Of a DNA stretch of 64,000 nt, positions 42,001 to 54,000 are shown piece after piece. The stretch is taken from positions 64,160-128,159 of the forward strand of contig JAHFFW010000002.1 in NCBI GenBank assembly GCA_023247725.1, given 5' to 3'. Under the pieces are notes generated by a model, which worked only from the letters and a program-made list of their open reading frames with translations, searched no databases and had not been told where the DNA came from. Each line of letters begins with the position of its first letter. The stretch's first letter is position 1. The translations under genes were made by a program, and so were the position numbers. Source of the DNA: Candidatus Omnitrophota bacterium. GTDB taxonomy: Bacteria > Omnitrophota > Gorgyraeia > Zapsychrales > JAHFFX01.

Positions 42001-45000
42001 TCTTGGTGGCCGCAGGAGTTCAGGGTTTCAAAGATTTGATGAAGGCGATTCCGGAGGTTCGTTCAGATATTCCTCTGGAACAATTAAAGGAGGATTTAGG
42101 CATCGGGCAGCGTCCGCCAATTCGATCGACTCGTCGGGGACCACAGGAACTGGCCCGTCCGCCGACGGGGCCGACGTCCACGAACTTTTCTCAAGAACGT
42201 CGGCCCGGTCCCGAGCCGACCGAGTCCAGTTCAGTCGGCGAGGGACGAGCAACGGTTGCCGAACGTCCGACGCCTTCCTCTGTTTTAACCGAAGAATCGC
42301 CCGAATTCCAAAAATTTGAAAAGACGTTAATTCCTTTTAAATCCACTCCTCCCGTCGCTGATTTCAATCGCCGTTTGGCTCCCAATATCCTCAAACGACT
42401 CGTTCCTTTTAAGACAACATTTCCTTCCTCAGATAAATTCATTACTCCAAGATTCCGGGCCTTGCCTTCGCCAGCCGCGCTGCCGGCGGTGAGAAGTCTT
42501 TTGCTAAGCCGGCAAACGGGCGTTGCCGAAGGCCAAATGGCTGACGCTCAAGTCGACGACGCTCTAGTCAGCGCTCCGCCGATGACGGAGCGTATCTCCG
42601 ACCCGACCAATAACGCCGCCCGTCGATGGACGTATTGGGATCATGCCACAAAAACGCCATTCCTGGAATTAGTGCGGTATAAGGATCAACCGAAACCAAC
42701 CGCTGAGTTGATGAAGTCTTGGGATCCTGCGTTTCAACAGAGTCAGCTTGATTATGAGCCTAATCAGGCGGAAGTGAGAGGAGAATTCTTAAGTATTCTT
42801 GACGATATTGCTACCGGTAAGCTAAACGCGTCAGCCTTTCCCGCGCGCATGGAGGATTTAAACCGAACAGATTTAATGGGAGCGAAAAGACAGCGCTCCT
42901 ATATGCCATTCAGCTCTTCCTCAAGCCAAGGGCAGGATGTTAAATCGATAGCCGGGAGATACCGGACCTCGGCTCCGGACGCCGCCGAAGATATCCAGAA
43001 ACATTGGAATAACCTTTATGGTAATCTGCAGGAATTTGTTCGGATGTCGGGATCGGGAGATTATTCTAGAGAAGAAATTGTAAAACATATTGCCGAAACA
43101 TATTTGCAATCGATCAAGATTGAATTTTCTGGGGCTTCTTCCACTAAGATGGGTTCGGCACTTCCTTTTATCAGCGGTAATAATTCCATGTTTATGAATA
43201 TGGCCAATGGAATGTTGCGTTTGTCGGACGTAGAGTCTGGGATTTCGCATAAGAATCTCGACGACTATGCATTCCGTTCGGCCGGCAGAGAGTCCGGGAT
43301 TAATGAATTTTTGCAAGAGGTGAAACTCGCAAATCCCGGCTTGGATTTTGAAGAGAAAGTTAGGGTTTATGCAGATGCCGCCAGCGTAACTCCTCCCGAT
43401 AAAAATGCGCAAACAGTTTTCCAACGGCCGACGATAGAAAAAACAAGCACAAACAATTCAGCGAAGCCGGATGCCGCCAGCACGGACCGCGAGCGTGATA
43501 AACAACGGCGGATCATGCGCGAAGATCCGCAATTTTCGATATCGAATGCCCAAGCTCGTATCCAAGAGAAGCCCGGCGTTCAGATGAAGATTCCGGTGGG
43601 AGAATTCAGCGTGGAATATGTGAACACACCTCCTGCTCAAACATCTCCTTCCACGATTTACTTGTTGTCGCTTTATCTTAGTCTCTCCAAGGTGCCCACC
43701 CGGGACGGGGCTTTTCATATGATGGATGTATATGGAAAAGACTGGGCGACGGAAAATCCTCGCCAGGTAAAGACCGAGATTGTTTCTAAATCTGCAACGG
43801 AATGGGTTGGAAAGACCCAAGAAGAGGGATGGGAAGTCGGACTCCCTGGAGCTGTGGCTCAAGGGGTAGCGGATACGGATCTTACCGGAAAGACGGTCTT
43901 GATTGCTGGATTTGGCGACGGGATTCAAGCCATTTTAGCGAAGAAAAAAGGTGCGAAGCGGGTGATCGCTGTTGATAACAATGCGGCGGTTTTAGATTTG
44001 GCTCGTGAAAATACGCGCTTGAACGGCATGGGAGGCCAGATCGAATTTAAGACGGCCTGGGCCGAAGACTTGACGCCGGATGAGATCGGACCCATCGATG
44101 TTCTGGTGGCGAATCTGCCGGGAAGAGTAAGTCAGGAAGTTGTTCCCCCCATCCTAAAGAATTTTCCTGATCTGAAGCAATTGATTTTAGGAGGCGGCGC
44201 CGGGGATTTGGTGGCTGGCAAAACTTATACGGAAAAAGAACTTAACGACCAATGGAAACGCCACATTCCGGATGCGCTTCATCAAGCGATCATCAATCAA
44301 GGATTTTCCGAAGATCAGACGTATTCCTTTGAGCAAGAGGACGGAAACAGGCTCGCCCATCGGTATGAACGTCTTGCATCTGCGTCGGCGGATGCGGCCT
44401 CCGTGAATCCGAGCGACGAAGCGCGCCGGCTGTTGTCTGCCCGGGATCCGGATCGATTCCAACGGCAAACCCCCTCGGAAATGGTGGAAAGAATCGGTGT
44501 GGTTAATCGTTTTGAACTTCTTCCGCAAAGACTCTTCGATGAACCGACACGCATCCTTAGTTATCTGAATCGGCAAAGAACAGTGGAATTCCAGCGTTAT
44601 ACCGTCGAAGAGCTGGAATTGATGGCCCCGCAGCTTACTGAGGATCAGGATTGGCAGCAGCTTAAATCGGGACTTGACCGAGGGGAAATGATCCAAGTCA
44701 CCGGTGTCCTGGCCGAGAAGGTTGTCACTCATTTGGAGGCGAATCGGCTGAACAACTTGGCCATTGATGTGGTTCGAGAAGCAATCCGGAGAAATGGTGT
44801 GGTGGATTTAAAAATTTCTATCCCATTTTTGGAAACGGTGGGCGTCAGTAAAGATCCTCAGTTAAAGCAGACCGCCGATGAATTGATTGACGTGCAGGCG
44901 CGCGCCTTGGGCACTCCGACGGAACTCCGGGATCAAATTAAGGATACCGTCAAAATCATCCGGACCCCACCACTAGATTCCGAACAGGATTCCCGCAATC

Positions 45001-48000
45001 GGGCGTTTCTTACGTTATCCCGATTGATCAACGACCTTAAGGCCAATGCAAAACTGGAACCTGAAGAATATGCCTTGCTTGGAGATCATTTTTTCAATTT
45101 GGGGATTATGTTGAGTCCCAAAATGGATGAGATTCCAATTCGGGATAAGGCCCACTTTGACCACCTTATGATCGACGATGGAAATCTGCAATACCTCGTA
45201 GATTCGAAAATTGTAGATGGCCTTGCTTCCGTAAATGCGGCCCAGGTGACCAGTTTTGACGACATGGTCAACCACCCGCAGAAATTGCTGCCTGTCCTGG
45301 AAGAGGCCGCCGCGGCGGTGGCTCCAGAGAGTCTATATCAAATGGCTCACGATATCGTGAACACTCAGTTGTCCGGTCTGGCAGAGAAATTAAGAGCAGG
45401 TCTTGCCGGAGTTTTGGGCGAACTGCATATAAACCCCCTGGAAAGAACGGATATCATCCTAATTAGTTCGGAAATGCAAGGTGATGAGATTCGTCAACAT
45501 ATCTCTGCAGAAACCGCTCATATGCTGGCCCGAAGGCTCACGTCTCCTATGGAACAACCCCCGGCAGCTTTTCTGGAGGCCCTTGTTGAGAATCGGCCAA
45601 TGAAGGACACGGATCCTGGCGTAGATGAGGCCTATGAGGCGCTTTTGCAAGACTATCTTGGCTATAAGGAAATACTAAGCCCTGCCGAGCAGGAAATCAT
45701 ATCACATATTACCCGGTCTCTGGATCGCATGAGCGACGCCGAATTGAGCCAGGCGTTGGAGCATTACTCGATTAGTGAGGAGGAACAAAGATTTAGAGAG
45801 ACTTTCGGGTTTGCTCAGGATACGCATCCAGTGGATGCCCGGTATAGCCGGGTCACCAATGCTGCCCGCAACAGCGAAGTTGTGCTGACCGATGTTTTTG
45901 AGAAAATGGGTTATTCCGAGCCCCGCAAAATGGCCAGGGAATTTTTGGAGCAAGATCCGCGTTATATTTCCCATGCCGTAGGCAGGACAATGGGAAACCG
46001 AATGGAAGATAAGGTGGATAAGGTCGGCGGGGATATTAAGCTTGCCATTCGGATTGCCGGAGACATGGCGCGGGAGGCCCCGGAATCCTTGCTAGACCAT
46101 CGGGATTTTGAAAAAGAATTCAACCGCCGCGCGGACGATCAAGATTATGTGGCCCGCCTGATTAAAGAAATTGCAGCCAGCGATCGCGAAGTGGCGCTGG
46201 TTCCGGCGTTCACCGCCGACAAGGCCCAGATCGGCACCCCAAGCGACAAAGATCATAAAGTTTCCTGGGAGCAGGAACCCAATCGCGAAGCCGCTGTGGC
46301 GCGTTCCTCTCAACAGAGTGATGCCGCTCAGGTGAACCCCAGAGAAGAAAGTTCTCAATCGAATGAACGGACCCCGGAGAGGGATCAGGTGCTGAATGAA
46401 AATGGGGAAGACAGCGTTCATGTAGGGGGTCTTCTTGCTGCTCCGCACCGGGCGGTGAATTTGCGAAGTTCATTGATTAATCTGTCCAGGCAGGCTGATG
46501 CACAGCCAGACTTCTTCAGTTCGGTTCTGAACAATACGGAAAAAATGACCGTGCATCCGGAAACCGCTTATGAATTCGTGAAGTGGATTACGCAAACGAA
46601 ATACGATGTTAATAAATTGCCAAAGATCTCAACGGCGATTCAAAAGATAAGACGATCCAAAGAAACGATCAAGGATTTACTTTCCGGTGAAGATTCGATC
46701 GTGAAGGTGCGGATGGCAGCGGAGATCATGAAGTCGGCCCAGTCGGGCGCGAATCAGAAAAGTTTTAAGGACCTCCTTAAGTATTTTGGAGAATTAAAGC
46801 AATCGGGCGTTCTTAAATCCGAGGATATTGAGCGGGCCATTCGGCTCGTCGCAGGACACAATCCAGCTCAGTTGATCGCGGCGGAGGCCACCCGAACCTA
46901 TTCTCAGGAGGACAATATGCCGGCCCTGCGGGAGTTGGCCGCCAGACATAAGGGAGAAATCCAGACGATCCCGCAAGCGGATCTGGTTGCGGATGCGAAC
47001 CGTGAAAAAGGGACTTTGATCGTTGGAGGAGAAGGCAGTGGCAAATCCACGCTGACTTATGCCCTGGTGAAGAAAGGATTTAATTATGGCGGGCAAGGCA
47101 TGGATATGCTGCGGACCGGTTCTCATCTGATTGCCGGCGTGAGCCAAGAGACTAGGTCCTATCCTCTCGAGTTTCGTTCCGGTGAGGCGGAGCCTGGCGA
47201 TCTCACCCGGGATCGTCCGGTCGAGACCATTCCGACGGCGCCTCGATTCGTGCCGGTTAGAGTGATCGTTCAAATGTTGAAAGCGCCTCAATTAACGAAA
47301 CCGGAGACGACCATTCGTAAGGCGACGGATACCGAAATCGCCGGATCCAGGGTTGCTGAGACCTGGAATTCCCTGAATCGTCCGTCGGTCGATTATCTGG
47401 TGGAAGTCCGGATGCCAGAAAAAGTGACCGATGAACAGATGGCGGTGGTCGCCCGCGATATCATGCGCGCCGACGCCGCGATGGCGGTGAGATCGCACAA
47501 TGAGGATTCCAATCCTTCCTATAAGCCCACGAACCAGACGGCCCAGACTAGGCCCTTTGACCTTACCGAGTTGACCAACCAAAAGATGGCGCTGCGGGAT
47601 ATCGAGCTTCAGAATTTGAATTTCCGGCCGCGGCGGTACGATGACCGGCGCGACGGGATGGTTGATTTCAATTTAAGCAGCGCGATGAATGACCAAAATC
47701 TTTCTGAACCTGCCGATGAGATTCCGCTTGCCGAACATCCGACCCTAGGCCTGGTCGCGCTGGCGCAAGTGGATCATTTTGTTATGGTGGAAGCCAGTCC
47801 CAGTCAAACTATCGGAATTTACTCTCAGGAACATGTGATCTGCCTGCTGGGCGATATTCGTGCGGAAAAGGTCTATGCGGACGGCCATCGGGAGACGATC
47901 GTTATTGGACACGCGCACATCAATCCGAACTCTCCAGCGGACCGCAGCGGCCAGAAGGGGCCGGCCTTCGCCAAGTTTGAGAGAGTTCTGGACTACCTCG

Positions 48001-51000
48001 GACAAACGCATCGTGACGCCTCGGGCCAAGAGTTCAAATTCGAAAACATTCAGATGGCTCTGGATATGGATGGGGAGTTCCGCGGCCTCGGTTCCAGAGA
48101 AGCGATTCTCGAGGCGGTCCGCCAGCGGAACATCACGGTCGTGGCTGAACGTGTCCGTGACCGGAATAATCCCAAGCAGGAGGAAGCCGATTCCTTTGTC
48201 AGCGCGCGCTATGCGGTCGTCGGCCATCATCCGGAGAATGACCGGACTTACGATATCCATCCGGTTATTTGGCAAACTGCCGCTAACGATGCGGGGAGTA
48301 CCGAACGCAAGCAGTCTATGTCTTTGACTACATCGGCGGATCTGAGAAGGATTGCCGAAACGCGACAGGCCGAGAGGACCCACCTTGCTGGTTCAGTGAT
48401 AGCGGCCTCAAGCCAGCGCCCGCAAGAAATTATGGCGGCGTTCGACGCCGCCTCCGTCGGCGTGCCGCGCGAGGCCTGGAAAATCACCTCGGAAGTCGAA
48501 ATCTATAGAGAGCAGATCGAGCGTTATGCGAAGATAAGAGATTCAATCGCTTCCGGAGATCTGAAAGTTAACCAGCAATTAGTCGGGACGATTTTGGGCG
48601 CCTTCCAGAAAGCCAGGGCCGAGCAAGAACCCACCGTCAGTGAATTGACCGATCTGCTGCGATTGGCGGCGCAAAAGAATTCAGCTGCCGTCCCGGCGGC
48701 GGAGGCGAAACTTGTTATTGCTGAGGCCGAACGGCAGGCGAAAGTCCAACTGGTGTCCCCCATCGCGACGGCTAAACCCGCGGCCAGCGTGTCGGCGCCG
48801 GTCCAGCTTTCTTTGTGGAACGAGGAGCCACCACAACCAAAAGCCGAGCAGTTATCGCTGCTGGATTTCCGGGAGGGGATAGAGTTAATGAGGCTATTCT
48901 CTCGAAAAAGGGACGTGGATCGCCAAGAGATCTTGGACACCGCGCAACGGATCCTCAGTCGAGAGCAGTACCAAACTTTTGTCAGTAGGATTGTTCCAAG
49001 AGTCGACCAATGGGCTGCTGGGAATTTTAAAAGGGCAAATTATAAGCTCGTCTATGATGTCCTTACGGATATGGTCAATCGGAAGGAACCGCGGAGCGAA
49101 TATGAATATATCTCCGATGAAGACATCGCAAATACTCTCAAGATCCGCAGAGATTACAAGGAAAAATTGCCAGGAATTCTCCAAAGCACCTTGGAATCGG
49201 AGAGGACGAGATTAAAGAAACTGGGCGTGGTTGGCGTGGAATTGATTGGGACCGCTGCTCAAGATCTTGAGACATTGCAGGTAAATTTTTTCTCGGCTCT
49301 TCATGATGCGTTCGGGAAAGCGGGAGATATTAAAGAACTCATTCCTACCGTGCCCGCAATTCCTGGCGTTTCTCCTGTGGTCATGGTTTCTGATGCTCCG
49401 GTGGGTATCAGGTTCTTGTTGCCTGACGCCGCCTCCGTCGGCAGCCAGCGCGAGGAGAAGGAAACGACTTCCAAGACGGAAACCGACCGGCCGGATTCGG
49501 TCTCTGTCGGCGCGCCGCAGCGAGAAGCTAGTCATATTGCCGATCGGGATGAACTTCCGGGTTCACCCAAGATCCCTCGGAGATCATTTTTTACTGCGAT
49601 AGCGGCGCCTTTCGTTTTGGCATCATCGGGGATCAGGGACCGTGCCCAGGATACTCGGGAGCGGCTGCGAGAACAGGTGCAACGTTTGCGCCAGGCCATG
49701 GAGCGGTTTAACAACAACACTAGAGCGATAAACAGCGCCAATACCATGGCTTCGGCTCTTCAAAATCGAAGATTAGCGGACAGCTATTCCCAGGCGACCA
49801 GAGAAATAGGATCAAGCAAACTGCTGGATAACGATATGGTACGCACCAGCCGGGATGAACTCGTTATTTCCGTGGGTGATCATTTTACTGAGGTAGGGCC
49901 TAACGATCAGCTCCTGATCATCATCTCCGGGCCTGCGGCGCAGATTTGGAGTGTCGTTCCAGGACTGGAGAATGATCGGCAGGTCCGTTATGTGCCGCTG
50001 ACGGTCGACCAGGGCCTGAACAATGAACAGAATATGCGCGAGCTGATCGACATCACTCGCTATTGGGGATATTCGGGCCAAAGGCCATTGGAGGATTTTT
50101 ATCGGGATCGTCAGAGAGAAAGTACAGATCGACGGGTTTTGATGGTGGGTCTGGAAGAATTTGGTTCCGGGCCCCGGCAGGACCGTAAAGAGCAGGCCGT
50201 TAAGCAGTTGGATGAGCTGATTAAGGACTACAATCCGTCGAGCATCCTTTACCTCGTCAATCAGACCGATCCGAATGGGCTGGTGAATACGATCCGCGGG
50301 CAGCGACAAGCCCCCAATTCCATCGAGGCGTTTCTTGCCAGGCAGTACTTGAAAGGAATCAAAATCGGGGTCAACAATTTTAACCGGCCGTTGGGAGACC
50401 TTTATTTTGCGGAGCCGGGGGGAAGATTCAGGTTCGCCCCGGAGACGCCCTACCAAAAGCCGCGCTACATTCAAATACCGGCGTCACAAAGAAGGATTGC
50501 GAGAAGAGACGCGTTCAAACTAGCGATCCTCGATTTGGCAAATGTCGATCGACAAGAGCAAGCAAGGATCCGTTTCGCCGAACCGAATACTGCTACGCAG
50601 GCGACGGCTCGCTTTAGTGTTCCTTCCGACTCCGCGATGGCGGAGAAGGCGACAACGAACGGATTGCCAGAAGATGCGGATCTGAGGAGGCGTGCCGAAG
50701 AGCGCACGATTTCCGAAAGGCCGACGGTGGAACAAGCCGGCGCCCGGATGATTCAACCCACCGACCTGTCCGGCGTAGCCAAACGCGCCGTGCCTGCCGG
50801 CAGGCAGGAAAGCAATTCGGCGAAGCCGGACGCCGCGATGGCGGAGCGGCGTGATGGTGAGTCTCTGCCCATTTCCGAGAGACCGTCGATAGATCAGGAA
50901 ACCCCGACCAAATTCGACATTCACTTTGCCTTCGATAATTTTCGTAAGCTGCCTTCGCATGTGCGGGAAATCTCGGATCAAATTGGGCAATCCGATATTG

Positions 51001-54000
51001 TGGTCGTGCAAACTCCCGAAGTATTCGACGAAATTTTTAATGCGGTTTCTCACGGCCTGTCTCCTGCCGAGGGGATGACGGCCATTCAACAGAAGGCTCA
51101 AGAAGAAAGAATTCAACTCAATTTGGATTCACCCCTGAAGGCCTTACTCACGGCGATCCATGGGTCCGGGAAAACCATTGTAGGTAATCGTCTCCCCAGT
51201 GACCGGATTCGGTCCTCGAATGAGGAAGCGTTTACCGAAATTACCCAGGCGCTGAACCGGGGTATCACCAGAGGCGACATGAGAAGCGCGGTCAAGAGTT
51301 ATAAAATACTTACCGAAAAGATGGGTGCGGCGACGGCGGAGCATGGCAGAGACATGGTGGCCACCATTCAAAAGGTTCAGCAGCAATTTCCCGATAAGAA
51401 GAAGATTTTGGTCATCGACGGGCAATCCAATACCGCCCCCTACATGAATTTGACGCTCAACCAGGATCTATCCTCCCAGCAGGGTGTTGCTCAAATCACG
51501 CGGGAATTTTTGGATAATCCTACAACTCCGGTGGTGTTCTCTCTGGACGACGCCCTCAAGTGGGATATCGCATTTCAGGAATTGAAGATTAAGCCGGCAA
51601 AAGAGTTGAGCGATCAGGACGTCATTCCGGCGCTGGTTTCATTGATATTGGTGAATTCCATCCCCGAGTCTCAGAGAAGTGAAATCGATTTTGCTGGGAT
51701 CAACAAAATCGCCATAAGAATTGATTCGATGGATAAGCTTTCTGGACTGCAGCGGGAAATGCAGGCGCATCCGATAACGAGTCACGAAGATTTCCAGAGT
51801 AGAGTTTACTTCTGGCTGGTGAAGGGAGATTTTGCCAGACCAATGGAAATTAAGCGGGTTCTGGGTTTTGACGCCGCGATGGCGCAGCGGCGCAAAGAAG
51901 ATTCGACCATTTCTTATGAACCGACGCAGACAGAACAAACGGCCACGGCCCGGCACTCCGACGCCGCGATGGCGGCGCGATTGCAAAGCCGGGATTTAAC
52001 GACCGCCGATCCGACACAGGATCAGTCGGCAGTTATTGCGAGCCGCGCGATTCAAAACGACCTTGAGAAGGCTTTACGGGCCATTGGGCATATTTACAAG
52101 TCTAGTGATTCTGAGGCGCTTTCTAAGATGTCCTTGGATCTCGTCAAGAGCGCAGTTTTCAATGAAGTTTATGGGGCGTCGCCAGATCATTTTATTGCCG
52201 CACTTTCTCTCGCGGAGTCGCCGGCCCGCAACTGGGCTACCGCTTGGTTAAGGCAAAGATATAATGCTTACGGTCGGACTGAGATGTTCCGGTATCCTTC
52301 TCAAGACAGGGAATTCGAAGTCGCTTTAGGTACCCTGGAACAAAAGCCGGCGCCGTTTAAGGCTGTATTATTGGGTTCATCAAACGGAGATGACCCGGTG
52401 ACCAAGGCCTTGACTATGGGGGATCACCCGAACTTGCAAGGGCGGCGCATTGATGTGGTGGGTGTCGACATCAGTGCTCAGGCGATCGCGAAAGCAAAAG
52501 AAAATCTGCAGTCAGGCAAATTCCGGATCGATGCGGAATATATCCAATATCTTTTCGAGTACGAAGGTTTCAATGCGCTTCCGGAGGCCATCAAGAGCAG
52601 ATTGGCGCAGGGCGGAGATGTCTCCGAACAGATCAACAGCTGGATCGCTGAGCGGTTGCCCGCCTTGCAACAGGAAATCCGTTTCGTAGAAGCCAGTATT
52701 CTCGAGGAAGCGTCTTGGAAAGAAGTCCGAACTGCCGATGCGGTATTCATCAACTCAATTTTGTATGAAGTTCCTAAGTCGGCTCAAGCTGAGTTTTTCG
52801 AGGGTCTGAAGAGAAACATGAAACCCGGAGCTTTCTTATTCTTATCGACCGATTACTTTAGGGATGGCGAGTTTGAAAGTAGTTGGTTGGATAAAAAAGC
52901 TTATGGGGTCTATCAGGTCAAAGATGCCGCGATGGCGCAGCGGCGCAAAGAAGGTTCGACCACTTCTTATGAACCGACGCAGAGAGAACAATCGGCCACG
53001 GCCCGGCACTCCAACGCCGCGATGGCGGCACCGCGCGAGAAAGAATCGACAACTTCCTATAAACCGACGGAGAGCGAATCATCGGCCGTGTCCGCGAGTC
53101 GTTTGGTGAAATTGACACCATCTGGTATCCTGAAATTCGCGGCCAGAGTGGCGCCGACGAGGGACTTGCGCGAGCGCGTCATTCAGGGATTGGGCGCGAA
53201 GGCCTTAGCATCGTCCGCACCGGCGACTAGGGCGCTGCGCCGGCTGGCTCAATCGCAGCGGCCGCAGATAGCGCAACCGGCTTTTGACCAATTGCTGGCC
53301 AATGTCCGACAGGGCCATTACCGTTCAGTTGAAGAATTGGTGAACCTGGCGGAGCAATTTAGGGTCAGCGATTTAATGAAGGAATTTTCGCAAGCCACGA
53401 TTGGGCTTGGTGTGGCCGGGCTCGATCGACAGCAAACTATTTCCGACCGTCATTGGTCTCAAGTTCTGGGTACTGGAAGTTATGGCCACAGGGATCATAT
53501 TTTATGGCTCGCGGAAAATGTTACAAATGATCCTCGAAGACCGCAATTGGCCGAGGCCACGATGAAAGCCCTCGAAACGCTGGCCTTAAGAGGGCATCCC
53601 GATGCGATTTCGGCGTTGAGTCAAATGGTCAATTCATCTCATCCACAACAAGCCGAGCGGGCGCAAACCGTCCTCGCGATGGCGGCGATCAGCGGACACC
53701 AGTTGGCTCAATATGAAGTGGCTAATAAGGTTGAAGGCGACCCATTCATTTTAGAAAGAGAAGAATTCATGCGGGCTAATAGAGCTGTGGCCCAGATCGT
53801 GACAGAAATCGTTTCGGATCGCCGCAAATTGACTTATCAGGAGGATGAAGTGAATCGCCGGGGTGATTACACGGGCAGAAAGACGCCCCGGTTTGACCAA
53901 TCGGTCCATCGAGATCTCATGGAGCAGATTAAACGTGCCATTGTTCACGGAACGCCGCAGGGCCAGGCGCTCGCCATTCAAGCCTTGGAGCGCAGCGGCA

